Below are positions 24,461 through 36,580 of a stretch of 64,000 nt of DNA, piece by piece. The notes under the pieces are model-generated. The model saw nothing but the letters and a program-made list of their open reading frames with translations. It had not been told where the DNA came from and did no database searches. The position numbers and the translations under genes were made by a program. Origin of the DNA: Octopus sinensis (lineage: Eukaryota); the NCBI RefSeq assembly GCF_006345805.1, contig NC_043001.1, positions 63,302,001-63,366,000 on the forward strand, in the 5' to 3' direction. Within the stretch, counting starts at the first letter, position 1. The number at the start of each line of letters is the position of its first letter.

Positions 24461-24882
24461 TACATTATTTACATTGGATGGATATGTGTCCTCATCTTGT
24501 TTGTTGTTACTACAATGTTTCGGCTGATTTACTCTCCAGCCTTCATCAGGTGTCCTGGTAGAATTTTGAACCCAACCCTGCGTTCTCATTCCTAAGGTAT
24601 TTTTTGCTGATATTATTATTATTTATTCAAGGCACTGCATAATGGTTAAGAGCATGGGCTACTAATCCCAAGACTGCCTTGAATAAATGATAATAATAAG
24701 AAGAACATCTGTAAAAAAATACCTTAGGAATGAGAACCAAGGTTTGGGTTCAAAATTCTACCAGGACACCTGATGAAGGCTGGAGAGTAAATCAGTCGAA
24801 ATGTTGTGGTAACAACAAACAAGATGACACATATCCGTCCAATGTAAATAATGTACAGAATTCCTCATCTCTAAAATATAGA
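24461..24882. mobile_element. Foldback family A copy 1: inverted hammerhead-bearing arms around a tRNA-like core
   Basis: Arms 24461-24632 and 24677-24855, 27-nt one-sided tail, perfect 15-bp TSD acagtgttacctctt (24446-24460 and 24883-24897). Confidence 0.88.
24765..24810 (+). ncRNA. Family A hammerhead-like motif (mirror copy 24509-24554 on the minus strand)
   Basis: gacac-CTGATGA-a-ggctg[gagagtaaat]cagtc-GAAA-tgtt-gtgg; consensus across copies GAAACGTT-gtgtt; this copy is slightly decayed. Confidence 0.55.
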
Positions 24883-25371
24883 ACAGTGTTACCTCTTGTA
24901 CTGCAGAACAATTCTTAAATTCACTCCTATATAAATGTTGCTTTGCCTGCTATTAGTTTGTCTCTCAGTGTTCCATCATTCCAGCTCATGACTCTCTTGC
25001 TGTTTCCTATTTCTACTGACAATAGAATCTCACCAAGTAATTGAGGAAAGAAAAAAACCTAATCCCAAAACAAATTTTCTTATTCTAAATAAACAGAAAC
25101 TTACATCCTTATTTTATTTCCTATTTTCAAAATATTTGCTTGTTTTAAATATTTATAAAAAGAAGTTAATGATTAGTATCAGATCTCTAAAGATGAACTC
25201 TTTGATAAAATATCTTCTGCAATAATTTATGTAAAACAAGTTTATTTTTGTTTCTGCTTAATCTTTCCTTTATATAGTAGAGATGATGTTTGGTTGTGTC
25301 TGCATTGGTGTCTGTTATAGTATGCTCTCCCTGAGCTACTCATGTTCAGTTTATTCTGCCCACTCTTGCAG

Positions 25372-25401
25372 GTACCAATTATAGTGACGGCTCACCATCT
25401 G
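25372..25401 (+). CDS. SBF2: Candidate 30-nt symmetric microexon (S-TNYSDGSPS-G)
   Basis: ctgcccactcttgcag acceptor, TG|gtatgt donor, phase 1-1, no stop codon; lies between two phase-1 junctions. Confidence 0.65.
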
Positions 25402-27486
25402 GTATGTAAGAGTGTTGCACAGATCTCCCTGTTGGCTCTCTGTTACTTCAATTAGCTGTTGTCTAATAGTTTTGTCTTGTTTTTTCTCTTTTTTTTTAAG
25501 GCCGTTTAATTCACCCCCACATACACACATACATCACACCAATGTCATTCACACGACCATCTACACAAACCTTTTTGCATTCTGCTTCATACATGTTCCT
25601 TCCAATAACCAGTTCCTTATTTCAAATATTTCTTGAGTTTATTTCTATTTTCTTATTTCCAACTAATTAGAATCTTTTTGTAATTTGTAAAACTTTGACT
25701 AATTTTTTGAAAGATTTTATTTCATTTCTCACCATCTGAAATTCTTTAATCATCTTCTTTCTCTTCCTTATATTCATGACAAGAGTTAATCAATCCATTG
25801 AATTTATTACATATAGTGTCTGCTATTGTGAAGATCAAGTCTCCTCTCCTGCTAGTTGGTAATCTTTAGACCTATCATTAGTTGGTTTATAGCCCCAACA
25901 CAATAATATTACATATATTCAACAGTCCCTTGCATTGCTACCACATACCATCCATTTCTTTCTAGCATGTTCTTTCTGGTTCTGCACATATATTTTTATA
26001 TCATTTCAGTACAAAGTTTATCATTCTCATTAAATGCACCATTTTACTTTTACTCCACCAGTGTCAATGTCAATTATTTTCTCTTAATATTTTGATGTGA
26101 TTTTATATTGACAGTGGATAATTAAAGATTCTGTTCATTGTTATTACTGTTAGATAAAACTGTCTTTATGTATGTCTGTGAGTATAAGTGTGTATGTAGG
26201 TTATCTAATAAATAATCATTACAAACTCTATTTCATCCAGTCGGTTATTTAAATATTGTATATTTAAAACACACTGCAGGAATCAAAACTCCTTGATTTA
26301 AACATGTGGTAGTAACATAAATCTTGTCTATTTAAACTCCCTATGATAAATTGTAATTAAATGTAGACTAATATCAAATTTCTCCAACACAAACTCCATT
26401 TAAAGTACTTGAGCATAGTTACAATTAAAACTAGTATTAACTTATTTTAGTGATTCTGCCTCACTTTAATTATATCACCTCTGAAATACCATTATAGTTT
26501 GAATGTAAGGAATATAACAGATAGACAGATATTGAATGTTTCTCTATTTTGCTATCATTTTAAAGATAGTTTTTTAATTGGATTCTGTAGTTCTTTCTGT
26601 CAGCATCTCATATTTTGGAAGTCTGTTCTTTGGTAAAAACACAAAACCACATCCTAAAGGATAATATTCTGCATAATTTCTGTTTAAACACCTCCTTGTT
26701 TCTTTCTTGTCTTAACCATTACTATTATTATTTTTTATTATATTTCTTGTCCTTATCATTAATCCCTTTTGTCCTTAATATGGTTTCACAAACTGCATGA
26801 GAGAACTTAAGGTATTTTCTCTTGTTCTTTAAAGAAATCTATGGCCATTGTATGGATGTTGGACATTATATGGCAAAATTTTCAGAGACTGTTTTAGCTC
26901 TTTCTGCTTATATTTCCATACAGCAACAACAGTTAGCTTATTCACTTTGTCTGTGTGCTGTCTGCCAATCAGGATTTTTAACAAAGCTATTGTAAAGCTT
27001 AGTGCTGATAATGTATGCAGGGCTTCTTATTTGTTTGTTGTTGTTGTTTTTTCTGCTGCTCCCCAAAACTGGAGTTTAAGTTTATGTTGTGCTTTTACCT
27101 TTAGTTACAAACATTACATTGTTGTTGTTATTTGTTATTGTTGTTTAATCATTGTTTAAGATAAATCCTATAATTCTCTCATGTTGTACTTGGGGGAAAT
27201 GAAGATCATTGTAGAATTGTCCCATGAAAAATTAGGTTTAAAACCAGTTGAAGTGGAACCAGGTTCTCACCTTGCTTCAATTTTTCTGTGAAGTATTCAG
27301 TGTATATCTTTGCCATTGCACATAATATTTAATGAAGTCATTAGTTATTTGTGCATAACTGTAATGAGATTGAGACAAGTTTACATTTTAACCTGTTTTT
27401 GTAACTCTCTCCAAATTAGACTTTCAGTTAACTTTAAAATGGTTTTAGAAAAATTAAATCATTGTAAATTAATGTTATTATTTGTA

Positions 27487-27700
27487 AGGCAGTAAGCTGG
27501 CAGAATCATTAACACATTGGGCAAAATGCTTAGCTGCATTTTGTCTGTCTTTATGTTCAGAGCTCAAATTCCACTAGGGTTGACTTTGCCTTTTATCCTT
27601 ACAGGATCAAATAAAGTAAGTACTACCTAAGCACTGGGGTTGATGTAATCGACTTACTTCCTCCCTTGAAATTGATGGCCTTGTGCCAAAATTTGAAGCT
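27487..27700 (+). mobile_element. Abundant ~210-bp SINE
   Basis: Same family as 13497. Confidence 0.8.
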
Positions 27701-28351
27701 AATGTTAGTATTTGTTGATATAAGAATCAAATGTTTGAAGCAAAATTTGTCACATTTCTTTTAATGAGCACTCTAATTAGCATTAGCATTAATTTTCAGT
27801 GATAACTCCAACACTAGTCAAACACAGTCTAAAGATTATTGGATAATCCTGGAGGAATAGAGACAAATTAAACATGTGTACACGAGTATCTGTGTATGTA
27901 TACATGCATATGTATTTGTGTATTTATGCATTTGTTTGTCTATCTGTGCACGCATGTATGTGTAGGTATATATGATGTACATATGTGTATGTATGCACAT
28001 ACATGTATGATGTATTTGCATATATGCGTGTATGATGTTCATGAGTATGCACTTGTATGAGACATATGTCTGTGTATATGAATGTTGTACACATGTTTAA
28101 AGAAGCCTTTACTATAAGCAGTGATGTCAGAATGTCTGCAACTAATGAAAGATGTTGAATTTGAAGTTGGTTTGAGTTAAATAGTTGTCAGTTGAAGTGT
28201 GTTAGAAAGGCAGCTATGGTTAATCTACTTGGATTAATTAGTATACAAAGTATATTCTGATTTTATATTCCTCTAGAAATTAGTTGTTGTTGTTGTTGTT
28301 ATTATTATTATTATTATTATGTATGTTACTATTATCATTGCTGTTATTAAA

Positions 28352-29023
28352 ATGGCAAGCTGACAGAATGGTTAAACAGTTGGACAAATTGCCTTGCAGT
28401 ATTTAGTTATGAATCCACCAAGGTTAACTTTACTTTTTCTCTCACCAAAGTTTGATAAAATGAAGTACTGGTCAACTACTGTGTTTAATGGTATCGGCTA
28501 ACCTCCTCATTTCAAAATTGTTGGCCTTTTGCCTAAATCAGAAACTGTCATCATTATTGTTGTTGTTGCCGTCGTCGTCAATAATAATAGTAATAATAAT
28601 AATAATAATCCTTTCTGCTAAAGGTACAAGGCCTGAAATTTGCAGGGAGGGGACCAGTCAATTACATTGACCCCAGTGTTTCATTGGTACTTAATTTATT
28701 GATTCTAAAAGGATGAAAGTCAAAGTTGACCTCAGTGGAATTTGAATTCAGAATGTAGCGACAGGCGAAATACTGCTAAGCATTTTGTCTGGTGTGCTAA
28801 CAATACTGCCAGCTCTAATAATAATAATAATGATGATGATGGTGGGCTGACAGAATGATGCCGGACAAAATGCTTAGCTACATTTCTCTTTATTCATTAC
28901 ATTCTGAGTTCAAATTCCACTGAGGTTGACTTCGTCTTTCATCCTTTTGATGAGTTGAGGACTGGGGTATATATTTGACTTACCTCCTCTCCTGAAGTTT
29001 CTGACCTTGTACTAAAATCTGAA

Positions 29024-29056
<33 letters not shown>

Positions 29057-29740
29057 AATAATAATAATAAAAAGGTAGCAAACTGGCAGAATTGTTTGCA
29101 TGCTAGAGAAAATGCTTAGCAACATTTTGTCTGTCTTTATATTCTGTGTTCAAGTTCTGCTTTCGTCAGCTTAAGGGGTCTATAAAGTAAGTACCATTTG
29201 AGCACTAGGATCATCATAATTGACAATCTCTTCCCCCAAAATTACAGGCTTTGTGATTAGAGTAGAAAAGATTACTATGTCTCAATTAGTAAGTGGGCAG
29301 AAATGTTAGCACATGAGACAAAATGCCTAACAGCATTTGTTCTAGCTTTACATTCTGAGTTCAGAATTCTGCTGAAGTTGATTTTGTCTTTTAATCTTTG
29401 CGGGATCTATAAAATAAGTACCAGTTGAACACTATGATTGATGTGATTGACTATCCCCTTCCCCTGTCGAGTAGCCTTTTCTCCATCAATTTTAGGTCTT
29501 GTGCCTAAAGTAGAAAGAATTATTAAGGCTGTGAGCTGGCAGAGTCATCAGTGCATCAGACAAAATGCTTAACAGCATCTCTTTCAGTTCTTTACATTTT
29601 GAGTTCAAATCCTGCCATGGTCAATTACCTTTGTTATTCTTTTGGGATCAACAAAATAAATAACAGTCAAGCTTTAGGGTTGATTTAATCAGTTAATACC
29701 CTCCCACTAAAATTGCTGGCTGTGTGCCAAAATTTAAAAC
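28352..29740. mobile_element. Cluster of six copies of the ~210-bp SINE (five +, one - at about 28608-28816), separated by (ATT)n/(TAA)n
   Basis: Heads at about 28352, 28842, 29072, 29292 and 29526; inverted copy ending ctgccagctc at 28816. Confidence 0.85.
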
Positions 29741-30071
29741 AATTTTTATTATAGAGACTAATGCAGTGTATGTGAAACAGACTTGTGTGTTAGGGCAAAT
29801 GTTTGTAATTTGTATTGTCTCTCTACCGCGTGAGTTCAAATTCTGTAAATGTTGATGTCATCTATGAGCCTTCCAAACTTGATGAAACATATCCCAGCTT
29901 CAACTGGTTGATTGTCTCTTTCCTCATTTATATCAAACTGTTAGGTTCATCATATCCATTCTAATATTGGTCTTCAGAAATGAGAAAATGAGAATCTTCT
30001 ATGTAATATTGTAGTTTTGTGTTCATAATTGTTATCGTTGCTGTTATTAATCATAGTCTTGCTCCTGACAG

Positions 30072-30261
30072 TTATAGATGAGGCTGAATACTCAATGCAA
30101 TGGTCTGCTGATGCTAAGAGCTTAGAAAAACTTATGGAACGCCCTGGTTATCAAGATTATGTGAGGCTTGGTATTGGCAGTCTTCCAAACTCTGGTTCAA
30201 GAACACGAAATGACCAATTCCGAATAACTGATGTCAATTCCAACTACTCTGTTTGTCGAAG
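30072..30261 (+). CDS. SBF2: SBF exon (IDEAEYSMQWSADAKSLEKLMERPGYQDYVRLG...FRITDVNSNYSVCR); second in-frame acceptor at 30078
   Basis: cctgacag (or ttatag) acceptor, AAG|gtaagt donor; FRIT..N..YSVCRS motif at the start of the myotubularin domain. Confidence 0.92.
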
Positions 30262-30878
30262 GTAAGTTCAGCTACCATCTCTATTTATAATCTATCATTT
30301 TGAATAAAGCTAACTAATTTGTTTATTGATAAAATTATAATTTTCAGAGACAAGAAAATTCATCATTACCATCTTTGTCTTCTTTCCAGCTATTCTCATT
30401 CACCCTTACGTAATGCAGTGTAATCATATTTATCCTGTATAACATGACCTTTGTTTCTATCCTGTCATAGTTTTGCCTCTCAATAGTCACTTTTTTGAGT
30501 GCTGCACTCCCACTCTGCCCAGTGGAGCTTGTAGTCTTGGTAGTTACATGATGACTTAACTAGTGCTAGTGTCGCAAAAAATTGAATCCAGTACACTCTG
30601 TAAAGTGCTTGGTATTAGAAAGGGCATCTATTCATAAAAGCCATGCCAAAGTAAACATTGGAGCTCAGCTAGTCTTTCATTTCATTGAATCCTGTTGAAC
30701 CTTCCAACCCATACCAGCATAAAAGATGGATGTAAAATAAGGATGATGATAATAATGATATATATTGCAGTGATGACAGTGAGGTTGGGGTGAGAAAAGA
30801 CATTACTGACAGTTCTGTTTTCATTGTCTTCTGTGAAACTAATTCTAGAATTACTCTCTCTCTCCTTTTCTTCAACAG

Positions 30879-30959
30879 TTATCCTGCTCTCCTAATTGTT
30901 CCACATTCAGTCACTGATGAAAGCATACGTAAATTTTCTCGTTGTTATCGCCAATCACG
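30879..30959 (+). CDS. SBF2: SBF exon (SYPALLIVPHSVTDESIRKFSRCYRQSR)
   Basis: long pyrimidine tract + caacag, CG|gtaagt donor; myotubularin YP..LIVP motif. Confidence 0.95.
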
Positions 30960-31419
30960 GTAAGTATTCACTATTTTACTTTTGGTTTCTATATAATGAC
31001 TCTAGTATCACCAAATTTGTTTTCATGTTCCAATATTTCATTAGCTTAAGGCAGTGAGCTAGCAGAATCATTAGCATGTTGGGTAAAATGCTTAACATTT
31101 CATCTGTCTTTATGTTCTGAGTTCAAATTCTAGCACATTATTTTCTTTAAGATGCATGATGTGATCAACAAAAGGAACTCATCATATTTGTTGGCCTTAT
31201 AAATGTTTTGGAGACTCCCTTTCTGTCCCCACCTCATTTGTTATTCTTGCCTTTCCTCTGCCACATGTAAGCCACAAGTCTAGTTTGATATTTTGCTCTC
31301 TACTGTTGACCTATGCAGGTCTTTATCGTAATGACAGTCATTATAGAAAATCGTTCCTAACCTTGATATTCTCTGCTCTACTGTCCCACTCTACAACTGC
31401 ACTAATGGCTGTTTATCTC

Positions 31420-31690
31420 TTAAGACAAAAATATTTTTAAAGTGTTCTGCAAGGATGTGCAAAGAATCAGATATAGCATACAAAAGAGAAGATTATGATG
31501 GTTTGGTCATGTGATGCATATGAATGAAGACAGTAGTATAAAGAAGTGCCAAATGCTTAAAAGTGGATGGAACCTGTGGAGGAGGGAGACCCAGGAAGAC
31601 ATGGGATGAAGTAGTAAGAGCTAATCACAGAGATGACACTGGACCAAGTGGTTTGATGATATGAAACTCTTGAGAAAACCTGCCCTTGTA
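31420..31690 (+). mobile_element. RTE LINE C-terminal remnant
   Basis: *WFGHVMHMNEDS...GTCGGGRPRKTWDEVVR. Confidence 0.7.
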
Positions 31691-32710
31691 GTATCATTTA
31701 CACTGCAATAGAGAATTCTGAAAGATTTTCATGTTGGACATCCAGGAATGTCATGCATGAAAGCACTTATGAGAAGCTACGTGTATTGGCTGAAGATGGA
31801 TAAAAATATTAAAAATCTTTTTAAGATTCTATAGAGGCTGTGCTCAGACAGCAAAATCACCAAAGACTGAGACACCATGGTCCAAGCTTCACATAGACTA
31901 TTTTCTTGTAGTGGTGGATAGCTATACAAAATGGCTGGAAGTATGTAGATGTAGACATCCTATGTCCTCTGCAATAATTGATTTCCTCCACAAGATATTT
32001 GCTCAATATGGTATACAGGATACGATTGTGTTTGATAATGGGACACAGTTTACATGATCCCAATTCAAAGATTTCTGCCAGATGTTTCAAATTGATTATA
32101 TAACCATGCCACCATATCACCCATAGTCAAATGATCAGGCAGAATGGTTTGTGGACACATTCAAGAAGGTATTAAGAAAAGTGAGCAAGCAGAAGGATTG
32201 ATGATCTGGCATCAATAAAATTTCTAAGGGTATATAGAGTTAACCCAAAAGCACCATCAGGTAAATCCCCAGCCAAACTAATGTTCATAAGAAAGATTAA
32301 GGCTGTATTTGACAAACTGCTGTCAAGCAGAGAAAAAAAAACTGGGAATAACAGTAATGACAAAAGCACTATGCTGAAAAATTTTAAAGTAGGTGAAAAA
32401 GTGGTTTTTAAAACATACAGATAGGGAAACAATCGTGGGAGGACAGTATTATTTGTAATAGAATTGGAAAAATGAGCTATATAGTAAAAAAGGCAAAAAG
32501 ACAATGGTTCAATTTCAAAAGATATGCAAACCAGTTGAGAAAAAAATACACCGAGGATAGTAATAGAATAATTGAAGAACCAATAAATTTTATGTACACT
32601 ATGTTTGAAGTGCTATTACCAGATAAAACTGACATACCTATTTCGAGTAGCACTACAAAGAGGAAATTTCCAGAGCTTTTAATGGTTGACCCAAAGAGGA
32701 AAAAGTATTG
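31690..32710 (+). mobile_element. Ty3/Gypsy integrase remnant
   Basis: HVGHPGMSCMKALMRSYVYW..MD, PWSKLHIDY, VVVDSYTKWLEV, IVFDNGTQF, PPYHP*SNDQAE, PSGKSPAKLMF. Confidence 0.85.
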
Positions 32711-33467
32711 AACTCTGTTTGAAGTTGATTTTTTTTTATAAACAAAGATATTGGGGAGAAATGAAATACAAAATCAATGTGTACACCCACACTCTCCAAG
32801 AAGTGTATAGTTTAAAAAGGGAGATGTGAAGTGAACTGATGTACTCACATGTAACTGTTTGTGGACTGGACAAGTCTCTAAATAGACGAACCAGTAGACA
32901 GATGTAGTTAAACTGTGAGGGCATTAGTCTTGTTATTGATTCTGCATTGGTGTGTAATTGTGTGAATGATTAGAATAATTACACTGCTTCTTGTTATATG
33001 GTTATATTTGGTACTGTGATATACTGTTACACACACACACACACACACACATCATATATCATCATAGATGATATAAAAGGTTGGCATTAGAAAGGGCATC
33101 CAGCCATAGAAACCCAATCAAAGCTGGCAGTAGAGCTTGAGATAGTCCTCTGCCTTACTAGCTCTTGTCAAACCTCCCAACCATTGGCAGCATGAAAAAC
33201 AGATGTTAAATGGTGATGATGATGATGGTGTGCTGCATAAGTGACACATTCTGAAGAATAATGGTTGACATATGACATAATTTGGTAAATATGGCAAGGG
33301 AAAACTGCTGCTCTGGATAATCTATAATTTTTATTTCAAAGAAACATATCATTGACCAGAATTGGTTTGGTTTACTGTGCTTAACTAAAAGAGCAATCCC
33401 TCACCCCTTCATTTTCTGTTCTAAATGGCCTCAAGGATGTAAATCTTGTATATTATTTTCACCAATG

Positions 33468-33951
33468 ATTATTTACAATGGACAGATAGGTGTCCTCACC
33501 TTGGTTGTTGTTATCACATTTTGGCTTCATCAGGTGTTCTGGTGGAATTTCAAACCCAACCCTTTATTTGACTAATGGGGTACTCTGTTCACATTCCTAA
33601 GGTATGTTGCTGATGTTATTTTTCTGTTGATATTATTTTTCAAGTTCCTGCCTGGAATTGAAATTAGAATCCAAGGGTTAATAGCCCATGCTCAAATTCT
33701 AAAATCCCAGGCAGGGACTTGAAAAATAATATCAACAATAGAAAAATAACTTCAGCAACATACCTCAGGAATGAGAACAGAATATCCCATTAGTCAAATA
33801 AAGGGTTGGGTTCAAAATTCCATCAGAACACCTAATGAAGGCTGGAGAGTACATCAGCCAAAATGTTTTGATAATAACAACCAAAATGAGGGCACCTATC
33901 CGTCCATTATAAATAATGTACATAATTCCTCGTCTCAAAAATATAGAATAG
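33468..33951. mobile_element. Foldback family A copy 2 (tRNA-like core on the minus strand)
   Basis: Inverted arms, 31-nt tail on the right, TSD ttttcac(c/t)aatgatta at 33456-33471 and 33952-33967; HHR cores decayed. Confidence 0.82.
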
Positions 33952-34109
33952 TTTTCACTAATGATTATATTAAAGTTAAATCTTCATCCAGAAAGATTTT
34001 CTAGTTTTGAATTGTCATAAATGCTTCCTTTGAATATTTTACCCCAAGATATAGTTTTAAATTTTTAAGTGCAATTTCATTAATCTATAAATTCCTTCCT
34101 GCTGTTTAG

Positions 34110-34222
34110 ATTTCCCATCATAACATGGCGCCACTCACGAACCAAAGCCCTGTTATTAAGAGGAAGTGGTTTCCACTCCAGAAGCCTTATGGGAATGCTT
34201 CGACATCATAACACAGTGACAG
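34110..34222 (+). CDS. SBF2: SBF exon (FPIITWRHSRTKALLLRGSGFHSRSLMGMLRHHNTVT)
   Basis: gctgtttag acceptor, CAG|gtaagt donor; R.P...W...LLR.GGFH motif. Confidence 0.94.
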
Positions 34223-34650
34223 GTAAGTCACTAATTGGTCATGGTTTGGTCAGTTTCTTAGATTTCAGAAGAATATTGAATTATACTTAAGTACATTTTC
34301 TTCTTTAAATATTGTAAATTTTGTTATGTGTAATAGAAGCAGTATTAGATTAAAATAGACACCTGTGTACCACTTAATGTAAATACATTGTAAGAAAGCA
34401 AATTTACTGTGGTATTTGTTCAGAGTTAATATCTCTTATGGACATGCTGTGTTTAAAAATCATCCTGATTCCAAAATGGTATAATATGTCTATGTAGAGC
34501 AGATGTATGCTGAAATACTGGGTACCAGATGGACAGATAGAATTTTGCTTTTATTATAGATAACTAGTCTGGGAACTTTTTGACACTACCACACACACAC
34601 ATATATATACACACACACATATATACACCCCCCCACATATATATAATATA

Positions 34651-36256
34651 CTAGCAGATATACCTGGCATTACCCGGGTTAAAGAGAATAATGAAATTTT
34701 AAAATGCTGTTTAGATTACGCAGGTCTCAACTGCTAGTTGCTGAGATGCCAACTTTCTACATTAATAACTTTCCAACCCATGCCAGCATAGAGCATAGAG
34801 GTTAAAGGAAATATTAAAAGAAAATTTTCAACTCGTAAATGTATATGAAGTAAATACACAATTCAAAAACACATTTTCTGTAGCTTATTTTGTAACAAAA
34901 GAACAAGTACAGATTATAAACAATGAAAGGCCAATTTTGGTGATTCATTTGACAGAAGTAGTAGAGAGCCAATCCGATGATAAATCTGACCTTGGATCTT
35001 GAAAGTTTGCTTGAATCCTGGCTCAGTTATATCTCTTGTGGCTCCAAATGATGTTGTTTGTAGTGCAGCGTTGTATTGTCTCATTTTGTTTTAGAAACAC
35101 TTGGAATCTTGGTCATTTGATGACAACAGTTTCTTCAATGGCTCTGGAGGTTGGGGGATTGCAGGGAGTTTAACCTTTCCACCACTGCAGCACAGTGAAG
35201 GTGTCTCTCCAGGCCACTTTCTTGCTTTACAATGTATACACCCAGTTGTCATTACACCAATGGAAACTCTAGTGTCATCTGCATAATGAACTGCTGGATC
35301 ATAATTGAAAACTACTTCATAGAAGTTGCGTCTTTGAGCTGTTGCAACTGCTCTTTGTTCTACAGTGGAAAATCCTATTCCTTGCCAGCCATGCATACCT
35401 CTGTTCATCACTTTGAGATGCTCTGGCTTTTGTAGTACACAATCTGTTCATTTCTTGGTATGCTTCCCTTTCTACAGCTGTCTCTCTTTCCCTAGACAGA
35501 GACATTCTTTCGGATGACATTGACATTGTAGACAAATTTGACACTTTCCTTCTATACATATACAGAAATACATGGGTGAAGAAGATAGTAGACAATGAAA
35601 ATAACTGGGTAATGGAAAATATATTTCTTAATATGATGGGCAGAAAGTAAATAAGAAATTTTTATGGAAAATAAAGAATTGTACGGGTTGAAGTGAAATT
35701 TGTCACTTAGTGAACCAAAGAGCCAGTATCGAAGGAACCAGAAAGAAGCTGATAACAGCAGAAAAACACAAAACCATTGCAAAAGTAAATAAGGAATTTG
35801 TAGGGAAATTAACTAAGTGTACGGATTTAAGTGAAATTTTTGAAGTTACTTCTGTCAGTAAATTAGGAACTTATTTTTATGAACAATTTCCGTCAACAAC
35901 AAAAAAAAAAAACAACAAACAAACAAAACATTACAAAAGTAGATAAGAAATTTGTAGGCAAATTTAATGAAGTTTACGGATCAAAGTGAAATTTATGAAG
36001 TTACTTCTGTCAGTAAATTATGGATAAAATAACTTTCATCAGTAATTGTGAACTTCTTTCTGTCAGTAATTTGTCATTGTTTGTAAATAGCGATTGAAAA
36101 TTTACAGTGAAAACAATAGAGAGTGAGTGAAAGGTATAGAGGAGGAGAGAGAGAGAGTGAGCTAGCTAGTTTGACAAATAAGATATAGACAGATAGATAC
36201 AGAGAGATAGAGATACGTGTGAAAAGCAAATACACATCTCTATTTTATATATTAGA
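34651..36256 (-). mobile_element. Helitron, deleted derivative retaining the Rep N-terminal region
   Basis: Minus-strand 5' TC (36256) and 3' CTAG (34651) inserted between A and T; subterminal hairpin acctggcattacccgggt; CIHCKARKWPGETPSLCCSGGKVKLP..PPEPLKKLL. Confidence 0.88.
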
Positions 36257-36546
36257 TGAGATTGTGATAATTTTTTGACCAATGGATGTAAGAGAGACAA
36301 TCAATTTCTGTAAGTTACTTTCTAAAGAATTACCTCCCTTATCATGTAACCCAGGAATGGGTATTTTCTGCCTTCAGGGTCCCTGTTACTCATTATGTGA
36401 AAACTTTTAAGAGTCTAACACTATCTCTGGAACATAAGTAATGTATTTTCCCAGTTTGGAGAAAATCAGTTGAAAAATACTGGTGTTATAATCTTTTACA
36501 CACACATTTATATTATATATATATTGATTCCATATGTGGGTGGATA

Positions 36547-36580
<34 letters not shown>

